64,000 nt of DNA from Vicugna vicugna (lineage: Eukaryota), in NCBI GenBank assembly GCA_013265495.1, contig MU058289.1, forward strand, positions 744,001-808,000, in the 5' to 3' direction. This document shows, in pieces, positions 10,620-22,814 of the stretch. The translations under genes and the position numbers were made by a program. The stretch's first letter is position 1. Each line of letters begins with the position of its first letter. Below the pieces are notes generated by a model. The model was not told where the DNA came from. It saw only the letters and a program-made list of their open reading frames with translations, and did no database searches.

Positions 10620-13600
10620 CTGTGAATGGAACCAACCCATTAGGAGGTCGTGTTCTACCTTTTCCAGAGGCAAAGGCTAGACCTGCTGGCACCCCCACGG
10701 CTCCAGAGTTGAGTCCCAACACCCTGGGTGAGCCTCCTTCCTCAAGGACCACCAGCCCAGCCAGCCCCATAGTGTCCAGGGCCCCCTCTGGGGCCCCTGC
10801 TCAAGCTGATCCCTACACACAACAGCCCCCTCACTGCTAAGCCTGAAAGTCACCTACAAGTCAATGTCCCAGGAAGCCGTCTTCAACATAGGAATTTGAG
10901 GGCATCCAATTCAGTCCATAACACTTCACCAAATTAAAGCCACCTGGTCGGGAGCCCGCTTTCCTCAATTTTTGTAAATGTCTGGCTCAGTACGTTTGGG
11001 TCTGGTGTGGTCCCCTCCTCAACCTGGGAGATGCTGCAGGTGTAACTTCGGCATCCCTGGCAAGCTTTCCATCCTCCTCACCCTGACACAGGCCTTCAGA
11101 CACACACACACACAGGACAGTGGCCACAGACAGACAGAGGGGAGCAGCAGTGGGACAGAAGAGACAAGGCCAGAAGTGCTGGGTAGGGCCAGATTGAACC
11201 GGGGACCATTGTGGACGCCTGACAGGGACGCAGACACACGCACGCCAACCCCACGGCCCAACGAGGGCCCAGAGGTGAGCACACTGAGGCCCCCGGAACC
11301 TACCTTCTGGGGTGCTCATTCCAGGGTAGAGACCTCTCTGGACTATTAGAGAAGGAAATGCAGTCATAGACCCAGGTGGGGAGGATGAGGGTGTCCCTCG
11401 GCCCCGAGCTCCACAGCCCCCTTCATGGCCTCAGTCTGGGCGCCGCCTCCCAGCCCAGGTCCAAGCCAGCCCTCCACACTTCCTCTCCTTCCCTTCTGAG
11501 GGACCAGCTCCCCCTGCCCCCAGGCCATTCCCAGACCCTTGGTGTCCCTGGCATCCAAGGTCTCCAGCTAGCTTGGAGCTACGGGGCTCCAGTCTCACCT
11601 CATACTTCTCTGGTGCCCCGGAGATGCGGAAATCGCTGCTGAACAGGACCGGGGGGTTGTCCCCCGCCGAGAAGCTGGGGCTCTCTGTCACGTTCTTTCT
11701 GTGGGGCAGAACATAGCCCCAGTGGGACCCCAAGCCCTCCCTTCCCCCTCCCTTTCTGCAACCCCATCGACCTTAGGAGTTTGGTCCAAAAGACCCCAGA
11801 GTTGCTCCCCATCTCCCTAAGGTGGGGCCGGCAGCCCCTTCAGAGTGACAGCTTCTTCCTGTCCACCAGTGCCCGTCTCTCCCCTGCCTCACGGCTGAGG
11901 AGTAGCCACCTGGCCCCTGGTCTCTGCCGCTTTCAGGACCCCAGCCTTGCTCCTCTGGGTTCTCCTCATATGCCCTGGGGCTGTCTGCCCCTCTCGCTGC
12001 CAGGATGTGAAGCAGGGAGTTTCACTGATTGTCGGAGGAGCTGACGTGTGTGGGCTCTCACAGCAGCGGTCCCAGCAAGGAATTAAGGAAAACAGCAGCA
12101 GCGCACTTGTGGCAGGTGGGTGTGGTTTGGGGAGGGGAATGTTTTTGTTCCCACAGATGTGTGTAATCACGGGGGGCTTCTGGGACCAGCTGTGACTGAT
12201 GCTGTGGCTGCAAGCCAGGGGTACCGGCTCTCCCCATCACACTGGAGTGTGTATGGGAGAGTTCCAGGAGGGCAGGAGCCCGTAGCATAGAATGTGGGGA
12301 ACAGGGAATGACTGGTGGGGAGTACTGGGCCCGGGCACTGGCAGGCGTGACCCGACCACAGTGGCTCATGTCAGCGGGAGCCCTCTCCCCTCCATCCAGC
12401 TGAACATTCTCAGAGCAGAATTCCCCTTTCCACACCCATACCTAGCCCACCACCTGCCCAGCTTTCGCCCAGCCCCCGCTCTGCCCTTGAAGGCTCCCCA
12501 TCCCTAGCTCAGCCGCGGCAGGCCACTCACTTTCTGCGCGTCTGGGTGATGTAGCAGACGATGGCAATTAGGATGGCAAAGGCGACCACGGCCCCCACGG
12601 GCCCGATCTTGGCCCACATCAGGCGGTCTGAGGAGAGAGAAGACCCAGGCGCCCTCAGATCTGTTGGTGGGAGTGAGGACACCTGCGCTTTTAGGAGACA
12701 GGCTAGGGCAGAGTGAAAACATTTGCACAGCCGGCACATCCTCGCCCCGACTGACTGGCCTGGAGGCCTTAGTTGCTCGAGGGCCCTGAAGCGGGGCCGG
12801 TACAGTACAAGCAAACTCAGAGCAGCCTCTCCTAACTGACTGGAAAGGGAATCTTTACCACCTGATCCACTGCAGAGCCTGACCTGTATTCAGGGGCCGA
12901 TGGTCAGCCTGGCGGAGGGGAGCTTGGATCCCAGAGGAGCACCCCCCCTTCCCCAGTGGCTCCCCGTCCCTGGCCACACCACTCACGGGCTCCCTGGAAA
13001 GGCAGCTCCAGGCTCTTGGTGCCGTAGATGTTGCTGGAGGTGCAGATGACCCGGGGTGGGGCCTGGGCCTGCCCCCGCAGCGTGAGGATGCTGGTGAGCA
13101 GCAGGCCACTGCGCTCAGAGTACACGAACTCCCGCTCTGTCTCGTTCACGGTCACGTTGCGCGAGGGCAGCTCGAAGGCCACGGTCGGCTCCGGGTTGGA
13201 TTTGACCACACACAGGCACTGCACCGTGTCTCGGGCCGCCGCACAGTGGGACTCCAGGAGGATCACGGGGGCAACTGTGGGGGAGAGACCGAGACCCGGT
13301 GGGCTGGTGACAACACGAGGCCAGGCCGCAGGGACTCCCGGGCTGAGGACCAAGGCAGGGGTGGCAGCCGGCTCAGAGATGGGCTGCCTGTTCCCCTTTG
13401 CACTATCTCTTACACCCTCTCTAGCTTTGTTCGCCTTGTAGAACATAAACAGATTGTGGTACTCCCTGCTCAAAACCGCCTTCCACTTGCACATCCCCAC
13501 CCCCACCCCGTGTCACTTGGAATAAACCAACTTCTTCTCGTTGGTCTGCAAGGCCCCGCGGGCCCTAGCCACGCTCTGGTCTCCTCTCACCCTGGCTTAT

Positions 13601-14807
13601 TCCCTCCCAGTCACATCAGCCTCCTTGCTGTTTCTCATACGCTTGAAACTTCTTCCCACCTTGGGGCCTTTGGTTTCTCGCTCAGCCTGGAACACTCCCC
13701 TGACACCTCCCAAACTCACGCCCTCACTCCATGCAGCTTCTGTGCCAACCACGACTCTTCCTGTGGCCACCCCGTGTGTGCTGTGCCTCCATTCGCTAAC
13801 CATCCACTGGGGTTTTCTCCCCAGCACTTAGCCCTCCCCGTGTTATATACTGATGTGCCTGGTCTCTTATTTCCATCAAGACAGGCTCTTGCAGGGGGGA
13901 GGGTATAGCTCAGGTAGTAGAGCGCATGCTTAGCATGCACAAGGTCCTGGGTTCAATCTCCAGTACCTCCTTAAAAAAATAAGCAAATAAATAAACCTAA
14001 TTACTGCTGCCCCCATCCCACCCCCCCAAGAAAAACCCAACAAAACAAAAAGACAGGCTCTCGCTCTGTCCCACTCTGTCCCCCCTACTTAGAACCTGCC
14101 CTTCACCTTGCAGGAGCTCTGGGAAGACTTGTGCACTGAATTCAGCCAGCCTCTCTTTCAGGCCATCCAGGAGCTGCCTCTTCTTATCCCCAGAGCTCCC
14201 TGCATCCTGACCCTCCCTCCCACATGGGATTCCCCGGGCCTCAGACACCACCCTCCACCCAAGATCATGATGTTGAGCTTTGCTTTGCTCCCATTTGAAT
14301 TACAATAATGGTACGGGTATGTGTTTTTTTCCTTTCATTTCCCAAAATACGAAATTCCAATTCACTGAATTCAGTGAACACTGAATGTTGCTTTTTTTCA
14401 ACTATGTTCTTTTTCCCTCCTGGAGAGTCTGGCACTCCCTTCTGCTCACTCTAGTCTGAGCTCTGTCTGGTTCTCAGTTCTGACCAAAAGTCACACAGCG
14501 GCAAAAAACCCTGGGCCCATCTACCCTACTTATTTTCCATTTCCAGCAAAAAAAAAAATATGCAGGTAACAGTGATGGGCTGTTAGGTGAGTTACATGAC
14601 CAGTGTATCTGCAAGAGATGATTCCAATTGGAACCTCAATGTATATACACGTTTCTAAGTCTAGTAAATTAAAAGTTAAATATTCCAAATTCTGGTAGGC
14701 AGACACGCACTATGCTTGTAGTATTAACAGATCACAGAATAAATTACTGACAAACTTGAACTGACAGTGATTAAATTGTGTAAACCCTTTCATTCAAGAC
14801 TGCACCG

Positions 14808-14840
<33 letters not shown>

Positions 14841-17800
14841 CCGCACCGCTGGTGCTTCTGTGACAGTGTCCGTCCCCAGTGCTGTGGGAACGCTGACACC
14901 CTTGCTGCACGTGCTCAGCATCTCTGCGGCGTTGCCAGCAGCCTCAATACCTACAAAACCCTGACTGATGCTAGACAAACCCCAAGTCCCACAAAGAATG
15001 GGAAGTTTACAGCAGCACTATTTACAATAGCCAAGACATGGAAACAACCTAAATGTCTATCGACAGATGACTGGGGATAGAAGATGTGGTGTATATTTAT
15101 ACAATGGAATACTACTCAGCCATAAAAAAGAATAAAACAATGCCATTTGCAGCAACATGGAGGGACCCAGAGATCATAACACTAAGTGAAGTCAGCCAGA
15201 AAGAGAAAGAAAAACACTACATGATGTCACTTATATGTGGAATCCTAAAAAATGACACAAATGAACTTATTTACAAAACAGAAACAGACTCACAGATATA
15301 GAACAGACTTATGGTCACCAGGTGGAAAAGGGGTGGGAAGGCATAAATTGGGAGTTTGAGATTTGTAGACACTAACTGCATCTAATATACATTAGATAAA
15401 CAAATTTCTACCGTAAAGTACAGGGAACTACGTTCAATATCTTATAGTAACCTATAATGAAAAATATGAAAAAGAATATTTGTATATATATATGTATGAC
15501 TGAAACATTATGCTGTACACCAGAAATTGACACAACATTGTAAATTGACTATATGTCAGTTTAAAAAAAAATGAGTTTAGAGTGAGACAGCTTTGGCTTG
15601 AATCCCAGCTCTGCCACCTACTGGCTAGTGGCCACCATCAGGCCACTCAGCTTCCTGGACCTCCAAGATGGACTTCTCATCTGTGCCAACAGGAGTAATG
15701 GTCCTTTACTTGTGAAGGGCCATGAGGACCCTGCTCCGAAGTGGGCTCGTGAGTATGTTGGAAAGGCTTAACATCCCGGCCAGGGATTCAGGATTAGATA
15801 AATGGAACCATTCCAGCAGAGGGCGCACGTGAGCAAAGCCTTGGCAGCAGGAGGGCGGGGCCGACTCCAGCCTGGAGTCCAAAGGAGAGATGAGTGGGAA
15901 ACTGAGGATGCCTAAGGCTTACAGGGCACGTGGGACTTGTCAGGCACTGTAGCCACTCACCATAACATTCTTCACCACCATCTTTAGGGTAAGATACTGT
16001 TATACCCATTCTTCAGAGAAGAGAATTAGGGCTCAGCAAAGGTGAAGTCACTTGTCTGGGATCACGCAGCAGGATGGAGACAGAGCTGGGATTCGGACCC
16101 AGGTCGGGGTGCTGGACATCAGTAACACTTCAGTTTCCTCCCATTAAACTGGGGTAAGGGGCAGTCCCTGCCCCCAATCACATTGTTGCGAGAACAAAGT
16201 AAGTCAACACGTGCAAAGGGCTCGGTCTCCTGCCCGTCATGAGCTCTCAGTAAGTGTGAGCGCCCTGCATGTCCCACACGGTCTGGGAACCCCACTCCAG
16301 GAGCACCCACTTCAGTGGCAGCGAGCACTGAAGGCCCAGCTCCAGGGAACACAGACTTAGGGGACAGAGAGGGGCCTCAGGGGTGGCTCTGCCCAGCAGG
16401 CTGAGGCCAGACTCCCAGGCGGCAACACAGGCCTTGGTGCCCAGTGAGGGGCTCAGTGGTGGACGGGGTGACACAGCTGCTCCTCCGGTCCAGCAGATCG
16501 AAGGCCTTATTCTCCAAATCTGTTGTTTGTTTTCAAAAGAGGCCAGATTAAGGGAGTCCTTGGGTACCAAGGACTGTGGTGGGGGGTGAAGCAGCCAGGC
16601 GTTTAGAAGTGGGCAGACAGGAGTCCAAAAGAATCCTGGCTCTGGCCAGCCTTCCAGCTGCATGGCCTTGGGGAATTCTGACCTTCAGTTTCTCCTCAGT
16701 CAAGGGAGACATTGAGAACAATGCTGCTCCAAGGGGCGACCACAAGGGCCCAGCAAAATAACATGTGCCGGCGATATAATCCTCAGCCCTTGATAACCGT
16801 TTGCTGCAGCCACTCTTCCTATAGGGGAGGGTCTGTGACCGAAAATGTACGTGAGATGGAGGTGTATGTATGTTCAGGGGCATCCATCAGATTGTCAGAG
16901 GGGTCTCTGACTCTTACACCAAAGAACCCCTGGCTTGGGAAGCAGATGTAACAGGGAAAAGCGTGAGGCAGAGGGGAAGCTGGCCCAGGAGGGCAGGTTT
17001 GGAGAAGGCAGGGGATCGCACAACCCACACGCGTGATCGCATCGGATGCTGTGAGTGAGCAAAGACCGGGAGGGAAGGTGCCCCAGGATGAAAGGTTAGC
17101 GGAGCAGTGACAGCGATCGCCATGTGGTGGGAGATGGCCCTCCAGGAATGACTCGTATCTACCACTATCGCCACACGCAGAGTATTGAGTATGCACTGTA
17201 CTCTATGCCTTTGGGCAACTTTGTGTGGTGGGGACCATCGTAGGTGGAATAGTTGAGGCTGGAGTGGTGACGTTTGGAGATAAGTGGCAGAGGCCAGGCT
17301 GGAGGTGAGGAGGAAGCAGAGGGGAATGGAAATACGGAGGTGATGTTCCAGAGGGAGTTACTGGAGGAGGGGGAGTGGGCACTGTGACTTGGGAGCTATG
17401 ACCTAGAATGGTGGCTGGGGTGGGGGTGGGGCACTGGCCGTGCTGTCCGCACAGAGGAGGGCAGGAAGGGCCCGGGCTGGCAGTGGAACAATGAGCTTCA
17501 TTCCTAAGACAGTCAGCTTTTTATATGCATCCATCTCATCTCTCTGGTTATACTATATCTGCTGATAAGCTCGGTGTCCTCTTGGTCCTTTCCCCCACCT
17601 CCCACCAAGCCACACAGCCCTTGCACATAACAATAGCTCGATCAATGTATTCTGATGTCATAACATAGGATGAGGTCAACTTTGGGGAGTACAGAAGAGT
17701 GGAACCAGACCTCTGGATCTGAATCTCAGTTCTGCCGTTTTTCTGGCTGTGTGATCTTGTGCAAGTGGCATAACCTCTCAGGGCCTCAGTTTCCTTCTCT

Positions 17801-20800
17801 GGAAACTGGTAACAGTAACAGAACCTCCCTTGTTGGGCTGTTGTAAGAATGAAAGTCTGGGTCCCTGTACAGAGCTTCTAACAAGTGCCTGGTACCTAGT
17901 GATGCTCCACAAGGGTTAGATGTTGTGGTTATGATTTTAGTTAATGCAAAGGTACAGTGGCCACAGGGTTCAGAAATCTCCTTAGTCAAAAGCCAACTGA
18001 GGACGCAGCACTCTCAGGTGGAACTTTTGTTTTCTTGCTGTGGATTCCCTGCTTCCCTGATCCTCCTCTGCTGGAGCAAAGCTGACCCTTGGTTGGGGTG
18101 CGTGGGTGTCTCCCAGGAACTCAGGTGTCCCCCACCACAGGGCACGGGGGTAGGGGTGGGCAGGAATATTGTCCAGCCGCTCGCAGGAGGGGCAGGGGAG
18201 CAGAGGGGGTACTCACACTCCACAGACAGGTTGAAGGCAGTGGCCCTCTGGCCGTACTGGTTCTCGGCCACGCACCAGTACTCCCCGTCATCCTCAGGCG
18301 TGACGGCGGGCAGTTCCAGCTGCAGCTCGTTCTCATAGATGACCGTGGCCAGAATCTGCTTCTCCTTGAAGATGGTGAGAATAGGATCCGGGTTGCTCTG
18401 TGTGGAGCACAAGATGGAGACTGTCTCCCCCTCCACGGCCACCACTGTCCCGTTCACCGTCGGCTTCCAGGGTGCATCTGGGGGGCAGGACAGGGGGCTG
18501 ATGGTCAGAAGCCAGGGGTGCCTCTTCTGCCAGTCAACTCCCACCCCCAAATGTGACCCCCCGACCCCCCTAATCTGAGCACACCAGCTCAGATGGCTCA
18601 GGCAAGCCCAGGCCTGGCTGTCTCGTTTACAAAAACAGGGGTTCTGCAGCCAGTTCTTGTGTTTGAATCTCGGCTCTACCCCTTCCCAGCTGTGTGTGGA
18701 CCTATATCGTCACCCTTCTGGACCCTATTTATCTTATCCAGAAAATGGGTTTAACAATATTCCCAACCTCATAGGGGTCAATGAGAATCTGCTAAGTGAC
18801 AGGCACTGTTTTAGCCTGAACAAGGTAGATGAAGACCCCTGCCCATGTGACAGATGTTATGTAAGTAAATCAAATATAAAGTTGACAAGATGGGGATACA
18901 TGCTTTGGAGAAAAACAAAGGTGGGATGGGAAATCGGGGTGGGAACAGCTTTAACTAGGATGTTGAGGGAAGGCTCCCGTGAGACTAAAGGAGGCGGGTA
19001 GGAGCCAGCGTGGGGATGCCTGGGGGAAGAGTATTTGTGTAAGGCAGTCAGAAACTGCTGAGTAAACGTTGGCTGGGGCTGTCATTATTATTATCCCCAG
19101 CCCTGGGCATTTTGCCTCAATAAATATTTGTGAATGAATGAATGAATGAACGAAAGACCTTTCCTTGGCTCCTAGCTAAGAATCCTGTCTGTCCAGACCC
19201 CTCCCCTTGGGTCCCCATAAAGTTTGGGGTGCCCATGGCGTCTGGGTGAGTCCTGGGTTTCCCTCAACCCTCATTTTATAATGCAGGCTTCCGGGACCAA
19301 GCCCAGATCTGGCCCCAGGAAACTGAATTTAACAAGCTTTCCTGGGCTGCAGGGACCACACCTGTCTCTTCCCATCTTGCCCTAGTGATGAGAGGGGTAC
19401 AGAGTAGGTGTTCACCAGACACCCATAGAAAGAATGAAGGAATGCTTTAACCTGCAGCCTCCTCTCCATCTTCACCTCAACCACAGATGGGGTGTGGCCC
19501 TGACCGCCCTGACCCCCGACTCGGCCCTGAGTGAGGCCATGTCCCCAGCGCCAGGCGCCTGCGCCCCCAGGGCGGCGACTCACACATGACGCTGAGCCCC
19601 ACGGTGCGGTTGTCCTGGCCGTAGGCGTTCTCTGCCAGGCAGGCGTAGACGCCGTCCTCTGCGGGGGTCACCTCCTCCAGCTCCAGGGACAGGCTCTCGG
19701 CCACGGCTTCCCGGAGCACCGTGCCGTCCCGCATCCAGGTCAGCAGCGGCGGCGGGTTGCTGTCAGCCCCACAGAGCAGGCTGACGTGGGAGCCCTCGAT
19801 GGCCTCCACCGAGGAGTTCACGTCCACTATCACCGGGGGATCTGCGGCAGCGGGGACACGGCCGAGGTCAGAGGGCCTGAGCCGCAGACCCCGCCCCCGG
19901 CCGCGCCCCCGGCCCGCCCCCGGCCCGCACCCAGGCTCACACTTGACGTCCAGGCTAGCGTAGCCCTCGAACTGCAGGGTGGTGTTGGGGAAGGAGGCCT
20001 GGCAGCCCAGCCGGTGGCCGTTGGCCTCCCTGGTGGGCACGAAGTGCAGCAGCGACACCTGCACCCAGGTACCCTCGTCCTCGCGCAGTCGCCCCAGCAC
20101 AGTGGGCTCCCCCAGCCCGTCGTGGCCCAGCCAGCTCAGCTCTGGGTGCAGCTCTGGGCAGTTGTCGGGCACCATGCAGCTGACCTCCACTTCCGTGCCT
20201 GCCACCACTTCCGGGGGGACCACAATGTTCGGGGTGTCTACGTGAGAGGGGGAGAAGGAGCGTGAGGAAGCAGCATTGGACTCCAGGACACCCCCACCTT
20301 GTCTGACTCCGTTCCTGGTACCTGGTCCCCTCCCTGTTCATGGATGTAGAATTCCTCCCACCTTCTCTCCTGGGTACCCTGCACCCAGAAGCCCTCCGCA
20401 GATCCAACACCGGATGTAATAATGGAAACAACAATAGCGTGGCCTGAGTACATTTTAGCATCTAACTTGCCAGTCCTTCCAGCCATGCTAAAACTAGAAC
20501 GTGGGTAATATTATTTTGCTCATTTCGCAATGAGGAAACTGAGGCCTCAGCTAGTTCAGGGTAAACTGACCTTCAAACCCTATAACTCTGGCGTCATCAT
20601 CTGTGCTCTGCAGACTTCATTATATTCCTCAAGAAACCTCTGTCCTGGGGGAGGAGCTCAAGTGGTAGAGCCCATGATTAGCATGCACGGGGGCCTGGGT
20701 TCAATCCCCAGTACCTCCATTAAAAATAAATAAATAAACCTAGTTACCTCCCCCCCAAAATCAAACTAAAAAAAGAAAAGAAAGAAAGAAAGAAACCTCT

Positions 20801-22239
20801 CTCCTTCCCACGTTTGCTTTGGTTTACCTTCCTGTGTGTGTGGTGTGGTGTGTGTAGTATGTCCTGGAGACGTGTCTATGTCTGGCTGTGAGTTGGGGGA
20901 GTCTGTTTCTGCATCAAGGCTGTAACCTGGCTCCTCAGATAGGCTCAGAGTTGATGGGGAGCCAGAATCTAAGGACTCCATGCCTCTCAGAAATGAGCCA
21001 GTGGGCCCTACTCTGATTGCCAAAACTCACTGAGCTCTGCATTTCCTTTGGCCTAAATTTAGGATGTACTCTCTTAATATCTGAATCAGCAACGAATGTT
21101 GAAAATACACAGAATACACAGCTCTGGTTTCCCTTGAAAATTCAGACTATCTCACAGCCATGGCCCTGCATTCTCAGCCAGCACCAGTCGGCCAGAGCTG
21201 GGCGCCGTGTGCTGGGCACTCCTCTGAGCGCTTGACAGCTGTTCCCTCCTTGAGTTTTAAGTGCTATTCTTATTCCCATTTTACAGAAGAGGAAAACAAG
21301 GCCCAGAGAAGTTAAATAACTTGCCCACAGTAGGCCAGCTCATGCAGGGATCCAGGGTCCTTACCGCAACCCCCGGGCCCCACTGCCCTCCTCCAGGTGT
21401 TTCTAGAAGAATAAGAGCACTGTTTTCCTCTGACTACTTGGGACCCCTGCTTTGCCCATGTCTGTCATCTGCCCTGTTCGTGTGGGTATGGGCGTTTGTA
21501 CTACCATCCCCCTACCCCCCAGCCAAACCGACAAGTCCCTGGTCCTGCCAGCCGGACATCCCTGGAAAGCTTCTGGGAGGACTTCCTGACGCGCCCCCGC
21601 CCCCTGCACTGCTCTGGCCCCTGTACGCGCCCGCGCAGCAGCCTCGGGAGACTCACTGATGATGTCCAGGACACTGTGCTCGGAGAAGGTATACTGGTTG
21701 TAGCCGCCGAGGTCCCCGCGAAAGTAGTACTTGCCGCCCAGCTCGGGGCTGAGGTTGCTGAGCAGGAGGGTGCAGTTGCGCAGGCCCAGGTCCCCCAGGA
21801 GGCGGCTGCGGCCCTGGAAGCTCTCGTGGACCACTTGGGTGCGTGACTTGAAGACCACCGGCGGGTAGTTTTTCGGGTAGGGGCTATTGAAGTACCAGAC
21901 GCCGTGCACGACCGCCGGCCGCAGCTCGTCCGGGAAGTCGAAGCGGCAGGGGATAGAGACGCACGTGCCCTCGAAGGCTGAGATGGACGAGGGCATCCAG
22001 GCCCCCCAGTGACCCCCGCGAGAGGCTGTGGGCCAGCAGGACCGCTGAGATGGAGGGTCATGTCCTTCCCGGATGCCCCCAGCCCCTGCTCCCATCACCT
22101 TCCACTGCCCAAGTGGGGTCCAGGGACCCACAGAAACAACCCCAGCCTGCTCAGGGGCCAAGACCCCCGAATCCCTAGACCCCCAGCCATTACCTGAAAT
22201 CATGATCCAAAACAGAGGCAGTGCCGTGAGGAATATCAT
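10455..22239 (-). CDS. MAG: Myelin-associated glycoprotein (Siglec-4), L-MAG, 626 aa; complement(join(10455..10619,11599..11698,12531..12627,12987..13274,18217..18477,19584..19841,19941..20237,21657..22025,22194..22239))
   Basis: Signal peptide MIFLTALPLFWIMIS, V-set domain with the sialic-acid-binding FRGD Arg, four C2 Ig domains, TM, tail ending YAEIRVK; all GT-AG; 1881 nt. Confidence 0.98.
11316..11342 (-). CDS. MAG: MAG alternative S-MAG exon, coding part (exon 11304..11342), SREVSTLE*
   Basis: Acceptor ctaatag|TCC AGA GAG GTC TCT ACC CTG GAA TGA, donor AAG|gtaggt; homologous to the S-MAG cassette exon. Confidence 0.85.
   Translation of the reverse strand, partial: SREVSTLE
11599..11698 (-). 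CDS. MAG: MAG exon (juxtamembrane cytoplasmic)
   Basis: KNVTESPSFSAGDNPPVLFSSDFRISGAPEKYE. Confidence 0.97.
12531..12627 (-). CDS. MAG: MAG exon (transmembrane)
   Basis: RLMWAKIGPVGAVVAFAILIAIVCYITQTRR. Confidence 0.97.
12987..13274 (-). CDS. MAG: MAG exon (Ig5)
   Basis: APVILLESHCAAARDTVQCLC...LELPFQGA. Confidence 0.97.
13893..14049 (+). mobile_element. tRNA-Ala-derived SINE (vic-1-like, long form)
   Basis: A and B boxes, tail 'aaataaataaacctaattac'; 15-bp TSD aagacaggctct(t/c)gc at 13878-13892 and 14050-14064. Confidence 0.9.
14810..14838 (+). repeat. Poly(A) tract flanked by a target-site-like duplication
   Basis: aagactgcaccgct (14796-14809), then A29, then aagaccgcaccgct (14837-14850). 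Confidence 0.8.
15008..15571 (+). mobile_element. LINE-1 3' end (ORF2 C-terminus and 3' UTR) in a MAG intron
   Basis: [21 protein letters not shown]; similar to 2320-2880. Confidence 0.9.
18217..18477 (-). CDS. MAG: MAG exon (Ig4)
   Basis: APWKPTVNGTVVAVEGETVSILC...FNLSVE. Confidence 0.97.
19584..19841 (-). CDS. MAG: MAG exon (Ig3)
   Basis: PPVIVDVNSSVEAIEGSHVSLLC...VGLSVM. Confidence 0.97.
19941..20237 (-). CDS. MAG: MAG exon (Ig2)
   Basis: TPNIVVPPEVVAGTEVEVSC...YASLDVK. Confidence 0.97.
20647..20789 (+). mobile_element. tRNA-Ala-derived SINE (vic-1-like, long form)
   Basis: 16-bp TSD aagaaacctct(g/c)tcct at 20631-20646 and 20790-20805. Confidence 0.9.
21657..22025 (-). CDS. MAG: MAG exon (V-set Ig1)
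   Basis: SRGGHWGAWMPSSISAFEGTC...YYFRGDLGGYNQYTFSEHSVLDII. Confidence 0.98.
22194..22239 (-). CDS. MAG: MAG first coding exon (signal peptide); exon 22194..22262
   Basis: MIFLTALPLFWIMIS, donor G|gtaatg. Confidence 0.97.
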
Positions 22240-22754
22240 TTTGCACAGTGAGTGAGCGACAGCTGGAGAGGGGAAAGGAAAGTAGAGGCCACGGGAGTGG
22301 AAATGGCGCCCCTCCTAAGACCAGGAAGCAGACCTGTTCGGATGTTCACCGCTGCTGCTATGATTATTTATTGTTACGAACACTTCTGTGGCATCAGCCA
22401 GGTACCACCCCCAGTGCTTTACTCTATTATATGAATTAATTTGATCTCTTTGAGGTAGATGCAATTCTTAGTCCCATTTTATAGCTAACGTTCAGCGAGG
22501 TTGAGTAACTTACCACAGTTGGTAAGTGGCAGAACTCAGATTCAAGCGTTTGGAGGTCTGCAGACCCCGTTCAGGTCTGCAAACTTAACCACCAAACTGT
22601 CCTGTCTCTATGTGGTACGGATGTGCTAATAATTATCTTTACTACCATCATGCCCCTGGGGATCTCCAAAAAGTAAAGCCAGAGTCCAGGGTGGACCAGC
22701 CACAGGAAGCAGGAGAAGCTGGGAGGAAGGGGAAGTTGGAACCCCACCCCTCAC

Positions 22755-22814
22755 CTCCGTCTCCCTGAGTTGGGAATGTCTTCTGGTCCCACTTGAAGCT
22801 GTCGGTCAGCCAAC
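22755..22814 (-). other. MAG: MAG non-coding exon 2 (5' UTR)
   Basis: ttccag|GTTGG...CCCAACTCAGGGAGACGGAG|gtgagg; resembles the human MAG 5' UTR as recalled. Confidence 0.7.

Noticed and set aside
13893..13970. tRNA-Ala(AGC) genes here and at 501, 20647, 62291, 62851
   Set aside because: A-rich tails, TSDs and stem mismatches indicate SINE copies.
19531..20265. 244-aa antisense ORF (also 18089-18556, 13028-13441, 47774-48256)
   Set aside because: Shadow ORFs opposite GC3-rich exons.
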